A stretch of DNA of 63,803 nt, counting the filler, from Choristocarpus tenellus KU-1152 (Eukaryota; Protista; Phaeophyceae), in NCBI GenBank assembly GCA_964200185.2. It is 11 parts of 11 records of this genome, joined end to end, with 100 filler letters (N's around TTAATTAATTAA, not from the genome) between each part and the next. Parts side by side here need not be neighbours in the genome. Positions count along the whole stretch, not along the records: positions 1 to 8,324 come from CAXNAD020004856.1; positions 8,425 to 19,097 come from CAXNAD020002796.1; 9 more parts are not named here. One strand, written 5' to 3'. The notes below the pieces were generated by a model. The model made no database searches. It saw nothing but the letters and a program-made list of their open reading frames with translations, and had not been told where the DNA came from. Below are positions 1 through 12,800 of this stretch, in pieces. How positions within the stretch are numbered: position 1 is the stretch's first letter; every line of letters starts with the position of its first letter. A program made the position numbers and the translations under genes.

Positions 1-378
1 CAGGGGGGGGGAGAGGTGCCTTCCCCACCAACATCACCTCTAGATGAAACCGTCTATGTGTAACTGTCATTACCTTGGGATGAAATAGTCCACTCTACCC
101 AATAGGGTAGTAGCTCGTGTCCAAAGGCGAATAGACTTCGACCAACCTCTAACCACGACTCCCTGTGCAGCTTCCGATTGGTTGAGAGTTGGCTGAGGAG
201 ACCCCTGACCTTGAGAACGGTGTCCTTGGAAAAATTCCACCTTCAAGTTGATGGGAATGGAAGATATGAGGGTCCATGTAGGAGTGTGGGTGTGTGCCGG
301 AATGCATTATAGTCAGTGAGTGAGTGAGTTCTTGTGCATGATCATAACATTGCGTGTTTGTCTGTGCATGTGTATCCC

Positions 379-604
379 GACCTGTAGTATCCTAGAGGCA
401 AGGCTCAGGCGTGTCCGTTGGGGGCCTGTTTGACCCTGTCTGTCATTTCCCTCTCTTGTGAGTGGACGTGTCAGATGTAACTGTAATTTTCTTCCTTTGA
501 ACGCCATCTCCTTCTCCTTCTCCATCCCCTTTCCCGAATCAAATTTAAAGGGAATTCAACCGTGAAACAGGGCAAAATTCGTACCCTCTAAGATGCTATG
601 GTCC
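379..604. mobile_element. MITE, family C (TIR ~GGACCATAGTATCCTAGAGG)
   Basis: Ends 'gacctgtagtatcctagagg' and 'ccctctaagatgctatggtcc' are inverted. The interior is similar to 58438-58708. Confidence 0.6.
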
Positions 605-2753
605 TCCCCACGACATTTGGTCGTATTGTGCTTGTTGTTCATATTGTCAAATTGAAGCGACCTTTTTTTTTTTTATCTTATTGGTCCTCTTCATCTTTGA
701 GCAACGCCAATAATAATTACACATTGTTGAAGTGGTAGGCACGATGTATTTTGCTTGTTTATTCAGGGAAAATGTATCCTTTCCTAACGGGTCAATCAAT
801 GCGGAATGCGACACAACTAGTCCTCGCTAGTGTACGTGTTTTTATTGTTTTTATTCAGGTGTGTCTCCTCCCGCCTCTTCAATCCACCATTACTGCTTGA
901 CTCATGGCTCCGCTAGCACACACCACAGAGAAAGTCACCCACCACGCAGTGTGATCTCAATCATGTCAATACTAGTAAGTATATATAGGTTGTTGAGTCG
1001 ATAGACCTTATCTACCTGTCAATCACATCGAACATCTTTCACCCCTAATATTATTTCTAAAAATTGCATCACCCTGGTGACTTTCTTTTATTTTTTCTAT
1101 TATTTTGTCTGTACATTGTGCAATTTCAACCCTACTTGCCGTCATTAACAAATATGTGGCAATTATCTACCAAAGCTTCGAGCCTACTGCAGACTCATAG
1201 CAAATTGGAGCCAGTTTATTGGCCATCTCTGTATACACAGAGTAAGAAGGACATGCAAGGCAAGCATTGATTAGTAAAGAAGACACAAATGTCCACATAA
1301 TTCTTCCCATGAGACTGAGACATATGTCTTGTTTGGTAGTCTCTCCACCCTGTTACTGTGGTCTGCCATACTACCCTGGAGGGTTACCTTGCCTTCTAAT
1401 CGCCCTTGCTTGCTCCTCAGCAATCCTCCCCATCTTGTTTGCGCTCAGGAATGCATCAGATGCCAAGGGAAGGTTGTCTTCGGCAGCCATTGCCTCAAGC
1501 ACACGCATACCCCACCCCCACTGCAGCACTTTTTCATATCATTTGGTAGACAACATAACGTGGATAGGTTGAAGGGTAGCATGAATGGGGGTGGGTGGTG
1601 AGGGTTATTCACGCCTGGGTCACCTGAGTTCAAGGAGTCCAAGCAAGTGAGAGGCACACCCAGAGTTCAATGTAAAGGATGTCAGGAAAATATGTGCAAA
1701 AAAAAAATGACCGTTTTTTCAATTTTGTGTAGGATTTTTTTTCCGCATCATGTTGAAACGTTTAGAAATAGAGAAATAAACCCCTCCCTCTCAAGTCAAA
1801 TTTAGAACTTCATCCATAGGATCATGGGTGAACTGCAACAGATTGAAAAACTGGCTTTAAATGCAATTGAAAAATATTCTGTGTGCCTTTCGCTTACTTT
1901 GACTCAAATCTATCATAGACGGAGACATATTGTCACACAGGGCAAGATGGAGACAGGCAGGCGGTGTATGGGCCAAAACCAGGCCTACCTCCAAACGAGT
2001 GAATTTTGCAATCAGACAAGATAAGGTCACCGCATAAGGGCCCATACCCTGGAGATCAAAGTCCACAAGTAGAGCAAGCTCTTTATCAACACAGTGTTGT
2101 TGGTCTCTGCTAGAATGCAAAGATGTGGTGGCAAATGTTAGCAACGATGAGTACAGAAAGGGCAAGAGCATTGCTGCATGCAAACCATAATCTATTTGAG
2201 TCCCTTTGTGTCTTACCTCAATCTTCAATCCTAACACCCATCCACAAGGTCCAACCCGTCACTCCTGCACGAAAGACAATTCTTCCACAAATGGAACTCT
2301 GCCAAACTCCGAATACAGTTTGATTAACCCACCAGGAAGGCGAAAGGTCACCCTCCTTCTGCCACCGCCACCCAGTCCCTCCGAGGCGTTTTGAGAACTC
2401 TCCAGTCTTTTGTCCTCATATCTGAGGACAAGAGCCCCTGGTAGGCTTGCCAGGCGCAGCTCCTCCAGGGTTTCCATAGGACGTAGAAAACAGATGGGGG
2501 CTTTATCATGGCCCCATGTTGATGTTTGCATTGGCTGTAGGGGACTGTTGTCGACTTTCCGTTGGCCCCCATCCCACTCTCTACTTCCCCTGGACTTGCC
2601 ATGGTGTTCTGGATGATGGACTGGAGCAGCCAGAACTATATTTGTTCCCCTGATAGCCGAGATTGGTACATACACGAACCCCAAGAGTGGGTGGGTGAGG
2701 GGGTAGGTGTTCATTACATGAAAGTCAGAGGTAGCATTGCTTGCAACGCCTGT

Positions 2754-2937
2754 GACCCAAAGTATGTGGGGGTGGGGGGGGTGGGGTCTACACCAGGGTG
2801 TCCATTTGGGTCAAAATCAGGAAAAGTGCACTTACATTATCCATCCGACGCATGTAACCAAATCACCCAAAAATCGCGACACGAAAAAAATTGACCCCAA
2901 ATGGACAGCCACCACCCTCCCCCAGGTACTTTGAGCC
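2754..2937. mobile_element. MITE, family B (~180 bp, G-run behind TIR), TSD TGT
   Basis: gacccaaagtatgtggggg...ccccaggtactttgagcc, flanked by tgt on both sides; about 10 similar copies in the window. Confidence 0.85.
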
Positions 2938-5419
2938 TGTAATGAGGATACATGTTTTGCTTTTGACTGCACTTGTTTCGCAATGTTATTCCATCTGGTC
3001 CAGAATAACGCCTCCTGAAGTGGTGATATATCCATCCCAGTGTGGGGCTATGTAGTCTTACGTGTTTAGTGCTTATTTAGATGTAGGACGGCTGCACCTA
3101 TGATCGAGATCCTTCATCCCTTTCCTGTGCTGCCTGTTTTTCAGTCATGTTGGAAAGACTATCTTCTCTATGGTCTATCTTATCCCACCTAGCTTGGAAC
3201 TGCACAAACATCTTCTGGTGTGATTTTGAGATTCTGAACCTTTTGTCGTTTTGACCTATGGTGTGAGACCCAGTTGAGTGTAATCCTACTCATGTCTGCA
3301 CACTCTACTCTTGGATTTGCTTATGCCAATAACGTTCTTTGTGATAAGTCAAGGGTTACACGCTCTACCTGAAATGCTATGCATGTTACTCAGTGGAGTG
3401 CACATTGTAGTAAGGTTGGGATTCAGCACTGGCTTCAAGAACTTGGGGGTGATAATGCGTGCATAAAAGCACCACCCCAACCTAGCTTCCCAAGACTATT
3501 ACATACTTTTTTGGTTCACTATACACAATATTTACCCTATCTTTGCCCATTTTATTTTCAACTGCACAATATAATCTGGAGCATATGGCAACCCTACATG
3601 CATTTGTGCACAACCATACACACACAAAGTATGAACTCACCCAATGGAAACTGCCTGAACAACCAACCACCGAGATTTATCACCCGCTGGGAGAACCCAG
3701 TCTCCCACTCGCACACTTGCCTCCACAGTCCCACTGCACCTCCATGCCCAATTTCCAACATCATCGCAGACCATGGGTGGGTGTGTTCTAGCAGTTTTGG
3801 GAGTATTAGAGTATTCATCAGTTGCGAGGCAGGGCACCCTGATTCTCGTAAAGCTGTGGGGGGTGCAGGAGTGGCAGTTCACCCCTTCCACCCTTCGGTC
3901 TGCATTATTCACATAAGCTCCCTCATCTCCCGCACCTTCAAGGAAGACAAGTTCATTTTCAGGCGAGGGGGGTGCCTCATCAGAAGCCACTGCGTCTGCA
4001 TTGGTGTGAGGGCGGAACCTGCCCCATACCTGAAATTGTTCGAGCATGGAGGAGGGACGATCTTATCATACTTTTCCCTGGTGAAATATTAGTTGCAATT
4101 GGTTGCAGGATGCGGAAGCAAAGTGTATAGATGAAGGTCCGAATGCCCATTGCAGCGTCCCATGAGCCTGGACTCAGTGCGTATGGGTGAGGACTTAAGG
4201 TGATATTTCAGTTTGGTAAGGTGAGAATTAGAATTCTCTGCTCAGTTCACTTCTCTCTCGCTTCGATACTAGGTTACTTCCTAAATACGACCTATAGCCT
4301 CAAGGAATCTACCAAACAAAAGCCTCAAAGCAGGCAAATGCTCTGAAACTGATTTTGATATAATGAAAAGTACAATGTGTAGTCAATGTGGAACTTTATC
4401 TAGTAGTCCTGACTTCACAAGGCAAGTTTTCGAAGTCAGAATACTAACATCTACTTACACATTCACTTGTTACATTCCTGTCCTACGAACTAGCCTTGTT
4501 GCACCACTGTCTCGTTTGCCTCCTTCCCATTCTCCTTAGAGCGACCTCTTTCCTTCTTTGTACAGGGGCGCCGCCTTTCGTTGCAGCGAGTCCGTGAAGA
4601 TGTGTCCTGGAATCGTTCTCTCGCAGGGCCCATTGGATCCAATTTTCCTTAAGACGTCCATCTACTGCACGGAGAGCCTTGCCCACCTCACGAAGGAGAT
4701 AGATGCGAGGAAAAACTGGAAAACTAGGTGAGGTGTCGGGATAGTAGTTACAATATCTCTGATTGTTCGAAAGAATCGATGGTGAAGTTTGCCGTGCGAG
4801 AGTCGAGCGGGAGGTACAATGAATGCGAATGTGAGAAAAGATCACTTCGAGGGAGCTACTACTCCAATTGAAAGATCACTGGCTCTTTTGCTCGACACAC
4901 TCTCACTTTAAGTAGATCTCCAGAGTTCTCAGCCCTACTTGGTCTCAGCCTTTGCAAAAATAGGAGAGCCTTCTCTCGTCGTCTTCTGGCCAGCTGGTGG
5001 GAGCGGTAGGGAGGTCAGAGAAGAGAAGGGAGGTCCTTTTCAGTTACAATACTCTCATGACGAAGAAAAGAAGATTATGATCCACATGAGATCATCCTCG
5101 TCGAAATAAAGTCGCTGTACTGCTGACCACAACATTCTGATCTAATGCTCATCTCGCAATGACAAAATGGCAGGGAGACCGCTCGATGCGAGGGAAAATA
5201 TAAAATTACCTCCCATACTAGGAATGGTCCATCATGGGTTTCTCTGAGGCCCTTCCCCATTCGTATCTAGAATCAAAGAGAGGTGGACGCGAAGGTGTGA
5301 TACAAATTTGATGTTAGAAGATACCATAATGTGGGATGCGAAACTTACCAATCGCGCGACGCGCGCTTAGTCAATAAGTATTAGACAGATCTCGTTTTCA
5401 CACATCAATTTCTTCAAAC

Positions 5420-7380
5420 ATCCTCAACACTTTGATCCGAACTTCCCAAAGATTGAAGTTCCCAAACATGACTGCCCTTGAGGACATTCGTGTCGGCAGC
5501 AGGGTGGCACGAAAAATAGAGGAGGTGAGAGAGTCCGATCGGAATCGTTAAGTGTACCAGATGAGCGAATAGTGAAGGGAGAACTAGTGTGAGTGCAGTT
5601 TGTTGGGTCTGCCATGTTGGACCTACCTCCTCCCCATTTTTCCTGTGCGTTCCTTGTAGTGACCCTCCCATGGAACCTTCTCCTTACTCCATGCACCTGG
5701 TGCTATCTGTTATGCTTTGTGAGTGATATCAGGCTGGAAGGTTACGAAAAGGGTGTCATTGGGAGGCCTCTATGGTCTCTGGCATTTTGTCATCTCACAT
5801 GAAACCTTTCTCCCACAAATCAGCAATGGTTTCCAGGTATTATCACTTCGACAGAGGGTGCAATAGTCTCCCTCGTATATATTGGCGATGGAAACGAGGA
5901 GGATGGAGTGAACGTTAATGAAGTCAAGACTGTGCCTCCATTGTATGCCCATGACTCGAGGGGTGGGGGCAGGACGCCCCCCACAAAGCGAGGTACACCC
6001 AAGGATGCTACCATAGAGGTGGAGGAAGGGTGTGAGGTGGAAGTGTCTGGCGCTGGCGAAAGGGTGAGTGGTTGTTTGACAGTCTTTCCCCAACAGCCTT
6101 AATATTTTATGCCCTTTTCCACACCCCGCTTCAAGGTCAATCTGAAGTTTGTGTAGATAGATGGACAGACAAGAAATCAGGCAATTGCAATGAATCTACA
6201 CGTTATATGGGGTCCATGCTCGGCACCGAGCAGTAATTTGAAGACAATGTCCTTTTTCACTACAGAATGGGCGCTTTTGTACATAGCAAGAGAGTGCCAC
6301 AAGTACCCTTGTCAACTGCTGTAACAGGATCATTTTGACCGTTTTGTCCTTCATCCTCCCTTGCAACGACCCAACTCCCTTCCTCTCTGTCGAATGTGGC
6401 GGATGGAGATGGGGAGCAATCCTTCCGCCCCCCTCCAGGGTATCAATGTTGTATGAAAGCAATGGGTGATAGACTTCCATTGCTTCAACACTGACAAGAT
6501 TTATTTTCCTTGCCAAAGCGAAATTTTCTAAACCTTGTACAGAAGAGTAACTTGATGTTGAATATTCACATCTACTACCCAAGACAACCAATGTATCCAT
6601 CCTTCTCCAATCTACTATAAGTTAACCCTTGAGGAGAATCTTCGAGTAAGCAGCAACTGAACCTGTGCTCGTCTCTTGTTCCTGCGCGCACCACTCTGTA
6701 GTCAACAAGTGACAGTCTGAGAGTAGGAGAGGAGGATATGGGTCAGTTGTGCAACCTGTAGCTAAGATTTAGGGTTTGATCATTTGCTGGGAGTTTGAGG
6801 GTGTTGTCTTGGAGCCTGTGGCGTGGGCGACGGACGCTGTGGATCAGCCCACATCATACTTAACATTTGACGGCACTCACCTCCCACAATACCTATGGCT
6901 CTATTGCAGAAGGATGCAAGAGGTTTCCACTGCCTGGGAAAGGCATCCCCATAATAATACTCTGGATTGGTTAATATGGTGCTCAAACTTTTGTGTGTTG
7001 AGCAAGCCCTCACTCCTATGTGAGCTATATATGGTATCTGCATACGTGGTTTTGGCCTCCTAAGTAAATGTCCGTATAACTTTATACTCGAGCATGAGGG
7101 TGTAAGCTTCAACTTGTGGCCGGTGTGTTGTCTATGACACCTCATTGTTTGAGGCATGCGGTTCAGTGATGGACTTGAATCAAGTGTTGATGCAACATAT
7201 GCCTTTGGCAATTCCTGTGGAGCGATGTTGGAGCTTTGAATCCACATGTCGCACACCAGAACTTCGCACACAACTTAAGGGCTTAGCCTTAGGCTTACGT
7301 CTTTTCTGCTTATTTCATTCTCCCTGGCCGACTGACTGGCTGACTTGCTCAGAACATCTGCAATCTGCCCTCCCCAGACT
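5420..7380 (-). pseudogene. Decayed coding relic with a C2H2-type zinc finger, probably TE-derived
   Basis: Minus strand ~7260-7184 reads FWCATCGFKAPTSLHRNCQRHMLHQH (CxxC...HxxxxH), preceded by basic KQKRRKPKAK. Many stops and frameshifts downstream. Confidence 0.3.
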
Positions 7381-7410
7381 CTAGACTCCCTGCCGCCAGT
7401 AAGACCACGC

Positions 7411-7674
7411 ATATGTGTTTTATGAGATGACCAACTCAATGATGTATGTTTGCAATATGTGCTTTATGAGGTGACCAACTCAATGATGTATGTTTGCAAT
7501 ATGTGCTTTATGAGGTGACCAACTCAATGATGTATGTTTGCAATAAGTGCTTTATGAGATGGCCAACTCAATGATGTATGTTTGCAATATGTGCTTTATG
7601 AGATGACCAACTCAATGATGTATGTTTGCAATATGTGCTTTATGAGGTGACCAACTCAATGATGTATGTTTGCA
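7411..7674. repeat. Minisatellite, 44-bp unit x6
   Basis: Unit atatgtgctttatgag(a/g)tgaccaactcaatgatgtatgtttgca starts at 7411, 7455, 7499, 7543, 7587 and 7631. Confidence 0.95.
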
Positions 7675-8324
7675 AAGAGCACCCTTGTATTGAGAGTAAA
7701 ATGAAAAGTTTCACAACTGTCACCTGCCTCTCCCCCCCTCCACCATCTGGACCTTTTTGATGCCGTCTCAATATCTGCAGCCAACCCGCCACGCTGTGGT
7801 GTTGAAAAAGACTCGCAAAGGGGCATTTTTTGCATCGGAGGCTCGTTGGGAAGATTTAGCGGGACAGGAGGAGGAAGGGCAGGAAGAGGGGGGGGGGGGA
7901 GACAGGAGCAAGGTCAAGGAGGGGTGAGCAAAAGACATGGTTGCAGATCAGGTGTCTGTCAATCAGATGGGGATGGTGGGAGATCTGCTGGTGGTTCAAG
8001 ACCTGATAGTATTGGAAGGTCCAAAGCTTGTGGGGGGGGGAGAGAGAAGGAGATATCTATAGGTGGTAGGGAGGAGGAGCTCTTGTGTTATACGGTGGTG
8101 TACCTAAGTGATGGAATGGTTGAGCCAGGTGTTTCACCTGGAAAGATCAGGCTAAGGAGGGACCCAAGGGAGGTGAGCCGCACGGGATATGGCTTGAGCT
8201 GGATTTTAGGTGTTGAGTGGTTTCAACAGGGATTTGTTTTTTTGTTTCCCCAGGTTGTTGGTGGGGCAGAAGGGCGGGGGGGGGGGGGTTAATAGGATTG
8301 CATGCCCATGGGGATGACGAGGAG

Positions 8325-8424
8325 NNNNNNNNNNNNNNNNNNNNNNNNNNNNNNNNNNNNNNNNNNNNTTAATTAATTAANNNNNNNNNNNNNNNNNNNN
8401 NNNNNNNNNNNNNNNNNNNNNNNN
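8325..8424. other. Artificial contig spacer N44-TTAATTAATTAA-N44 (also 19098-19197, 24887-24986, 28380-28479, 33818-33917, 38688-38787, 41639-41738, 47186-47285, 51252-51351, 61123-61222)
   Basis: The same 100-nt block with a six-frame-stop linker occurs 10 times. Confidence 0.97.
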
Positions 8425-8590
8425 GGGGTGGTGCTCTCCCTTGTTATCTAATTCATTCGTCATCAAACACGTCAGAAATATGTTTAAACATGTTTGTGAC
8501 AGTTACACTACGTCAGTCACGTATAAGTTCAAGTTAAATTACTTCATTCACTTTTATACTATAAATCATACAGACTACTAGTCTATATTG

Positions 8591-9030
8591 CTCACAGGCT
8601 ACCTCCCATCTGGCACACTCATCCACCAGCAATGGTGTAGTTGCTGCTGCAGCTGAGGCAGGAAAGTGCATCCACTATGAGGGTTCTTTTGATCCTCGTA
8701 GTTATAACCTCAACACCTTCACGGTGGAAAGTTTTGGGCGCCTCGACAAGCAAGTGGAATGCTTCCTGGATGAGCTGGCTATACACATGATGGGGGGGAG
8801 AGGAACTGGATGATATAGCAGGAAAGGAGTAGCTAAATCCCGGCTGCGCCAAATTGTCTCAGTAACTACACAAGTGACACTATCTAGACGTGTTATGCTC
8901 TTAAACCTGGAGTCACCAGGGAGATGGGCACGGATGGGTTTGTTGTATTCTTGGGATGCCTCCCTAGCTCCTCACCCTAAGGCACAGGAATAGGGAAGAT
9001 TTTAGGCGCAGGAAGGCAGTGATGTTAGCA
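8591..9030 (+). mobile_element. 3' end of a CRE/R2-like non-LTR retrotransposon (restriction-like endonuclease domain plus 3' UTR), degenerate
   Basis: Translation ...SSTSNGVVAAAAEAGKCIHYEGSFDPRSYNLNTFTVESFGRLDKQVECFLDELAIHMMGG..RKGVAKSRLRQIVSVTTQVTLSRRV matches the RLE pattern A..AE..K..xY...E.FG.L...F+.EL...L.Q.+SV..Q. One internal stop. The 3' UTR recurs inverted at ~36235-36310. Confidence 0.7.
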
Positions 9031-9800
9031 TAGTAGTAAAATAGCAGATAATTTAATGCTTTTCACATTTGTGACATATTTTATTTCTTTAGGGCTTATA
9101 CTGACATGTGAATAGTTCTCATTGTTTTTCTCCCCTGACACATACACATATGCAAAATGTCAGAGGACATAATAATAAAAATATGTCAACAGACATCCCT
9201 GCTTCCACAATATTTTCTTATCTTTACATATACTACTAAAAGGCACTGTAGTCTAATAACAGATAGAAAAATTCTTTCACATTTGCGACAATTAATTGCT
9301 ACTTTTCCAGGGGTTGTTCTGACACTTCAATGGTTTTTCGTTGGTTTTTCCCCTTGACACATCTACAAAATATCAGAGGGCATAATGATAAAAATAACTT
9401 ACATTATCCTGGCTGACCAAGGGTCAGATTGTGTATTTTGTACTTCGATATGTTGCTTTTTCTACACGTAAAAACAGGAAATATATTTTTCAACCCATTA
9501 AACCAATATATATATATATATATATATATTGGCCTGTCAGGTTCTTGGGATGCTTTCCTAGGTCCTCGCCCACCTTTGTAAGATTGAGCTAGGTTCCATG
9601 CATAGCACCACCAGTATACACAACACATTGTTATTACTAAGTTCAAGGGAGCAGTGTTTTATTTTTATTTTTTAATTCATAATTGATTTTTAGAGAGGTA
9701 TCTTTAACATTAACAACTTTTATTTTAGGGGTCCTTGTGATATACTTATTTTTTCCTCTTTGACAGATCCGCGAGATATCAGAGGACATCATATTTTGTA
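9030..9800. repeat. ~190-bp AT-rich dispersed/tandem repeat ending in 'tcagagg(a/g)cataat'
   Basis: Two tandem copies at ~9030-9400, a third at ~9640-9800, and related copies at ~36090-36240 (inverted) and ~36330-36382. Confidence 0.6.
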
Positions 9801-12800
9801 CTGACCAACAACCAACCAAACCATCAATCAATCAATGAAACAACCACTCAACGAACCCAGTGCCAAAAAATATCACGCTTGATAGAACCGAGAGGTGGGA
9901 GATGAAATCAATCTGAAATTCAAATTAAGATAAATAGACGGTCAGATGGTTCCATGTAATGTGGGTGTTGGTTTCACGAAGTTATCACGGCATAGTATGG
10001 ATGTAACAAAGACCCTTGATACCTTAAACAAGACCACCAGCGTCCTTGCGACAAAGACAATAGTAGGATATCCTATGGGGTTGGATATACTGGGATACTA
10101 GGCAAGCGGGGAACAATCATGTCCCTTGACGAATGGGTGTATTGCTTCGGCAAAGTGTCAACCTGCATTTTGTCTCTGCATTTGCGCTGTATATCTTGTG
10201 AGAAAGTGTGAGGAGTTCACCCCATTTGCCAACGAATGCAAGATAATTGACTCGTTCATGCAACACAAAGGGTTTAGTAGATGCACCGCTCCATAAAGCT
10301 TCTCCTGTGCTGTCTTGCTAATGCACTCGTTTATGAAATTACTGTAGCTCTGTTTCCTGTGCATGATGGGCAGGAGCTTGTTGGTTGTGTCACAGTTAAA
10401 AAAATTCCTTTTCATCAGATATCCTTCTGTCATCCTCTAGCTTTTACGTACTTCATACCAAAGTTTCTGTTTTAGGCGGAAATTTGAAGGCAATAGGTAA
10501 GAAGCCCGATATAGTCTACCACAATAGAATGTTTGCCCTGACTACGTGCTTCTTTGAAACTACCTTCTCTCCATCCCCTCTGTTGATAGTAGTAGTTGGT
10601 TTGTTTGCAGTCCACTCTATGTGTGCTTTAACTTGGTAGGTATCTCTTTCAATCCTTGCTCTCCAACTTCTCGATATTGGCTCAACGTGTTTTTCATAGA
10701 TAACTGGCGCACAGTCTTATTCCGACTCTCCCCAAGAGCCCCAACTTCGCCCCCTTTTTTTACAATTTTCGTCTGAGAACCCATATATAATTGTATGTAT
10801 TCGATGCGCTCATTCTTCCTCATTTCGAAAGTTTTTACTTATCCCCTCTACTCTGGGTGCACCTTCTCCATGTCAGCACCCTCAACAGTCCAACCTTGAA
10901 TGGCCTGTATCATACGCTTTTTTATCCCCATCACATGAGATCTTGTTTGGAACCCCACTAAACCCTGTCGAACCTACTGTAACCGAAATTTGTCCTCTTT
11001 CGACGTCTATAGGTGTGATTTGAGTCATTTAGATCTTTATAACTCAGTCAACAGCGTATTGGCAGGGTAACACAACAAAGTGTAAGGTGTACACAACTCC
11101 AACTGGTCTTCCACAGAACAAAATTCTTGTTGATGATTGAATTCTAACCCACAAGTTCTTGAGAATGTTGGATTGTGGGATCACCTCTTCCGTATACAAA
11201 AGCGTAGTCCGGGGTTCGAATCCCCTCCATGACCAAGAAATTATTTTCTATACCAGAATGGTTCAAGTCCCTGACAGATATCATATTACATAGTAGTGGG
11301 GTACAATTTCTGTTGTACAGGAGAGCCCGAATAGGTTGGGTGACCCTTTAGAATGCCTGCGTTTGGTGTGTTGTGAGGTCAGCGGATGTGATTCTGAGTT
11401 TACCATGGTTTTATTGCATCAGACCAATGAAGTTGTGATGGGACTGTACAGTGAGCCAGTTTGTCAGAAAACATTTTCAGAACCATTCAGGACGCATTTT
11501 TAGTGCGTATGCATACTAATATATCTGGAACACTATCCGATTATGGCATTATGGAATACAACAATATAGTTATCATTAGGCATTAAATGGTGCTGTTGAG
11601 TGTAGAGGTCAATCAGGAATTTTGTGCAACTTATCAATAAAATACATACTGCCATAGATAAATAAGAAATAAACCTGGGCTCACTTAGAGAATGTAATAA
11701 TATTATCTCCGACAGAACTGGTTCGCTAAAAATGTTATTTGTTTGAGCCAGTCCTGGTGAGGTACCTTTTGATGGGGCTGGGCCACGGACAGGAAACAAA
11801 TGTCAAGCATTCCCTCCCAGTGCAACGCCGTGGAGTATACAACTTGTTGCAGTACTTCCAGCTGGAGGTTCTGGGATGTCTCCCAACAAGGAGGGGTTGC
11901 CTCTGTTTGACTCATGTTTTCTTCCTCCTCCCATGCCCTTCCTTGCTAACAACTCGACTAAGGATGACTCTCCCCCCCTACATGATCTCATACGACAGGT
12001 TTAGTGATTATTTATTTGTGTTGTGAATCGAACGAATTTATAGGTACGAACAATAAATATTTTGAATAAAATACAATCATTGCAATGAATTTGCGATGGA
12101 TTATAAACCATGAGTGGCAGTCGGATCATGAACACCCAGGACAAAAGAATCAATAGAGAATTACAACAGAAATTAAATTAGATTTTAGTATTATGGAGAT
12201 GTGATCCAATGTTGAACAAAATGGGTTGCATCGGATTATTAGTCGTAGTTAAATCATAACCGAATATTTGAACAAGACGTATTATTTGGTTATTCCACGC
12301 GTCTTCCATGGAAACGCACACCTCCTAGCTAGAGATTTAATTATACCATGCGCGATGAGTCGCACGTAATTGTGAACCATGGTTGATTTTGACACTCTGT
12401 CGCACTCTTTTGGAGAACACAGAGGAGAACATAGCATGTAATTATCCCTAGCCCACATGGTTACAAGGTCTTGTTGGATGGAGATACAAATAGTGGTAAT
12501 GATCCAGGCGATCTAGTCTCAGACGATTTGGCCCTGGGTGAGTGTTCATCTGGACTGGAGGTGCGATGGTTACAAATCTTCACAAAGGGTGTTGATGACT
12601 GAGTACGACCTACAGAACCGGAAGACGACAAAGCCCAGTAGTGGCAAAAGAACTCCCTTGTGGGAATTTGTTTCCATGTTTATCCAAGGAGGAGGGGAGG
12701 ATTCAATCAACAGCAATGCACTCCTCTGAGTCAAGCTCACGCTGGTTACTGGCCCTGCCTTGGGCATTTGACTTCAGACATGTTTCCCGCGCGCGCGCAC

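Noticed and set aside
7411-7674. CRISPR-like array
   Set aside because: Units are contiguous and near-identical with no unique spacers, there are no cas genes, and the context is eukaryotic.
8369-8380. Recurrent TTAATTAATTAA motif
   Set aside because: Always centred in a 100-nt N block, so it is an assembly linker. Cross-gap gene neighbourhoods (e.g. ParB-like gene next to the Gypsy element) were therefore not interpreted.
11200-11236. tRNA gene (ccggggttcgaatcccctccatgacca)
   Set aside because: Only a T-arm/B-box and a 3' acceptor-like strand are present, with no matching 5' acceptor strand or D-arm. At most a SINE or tRNA relic.
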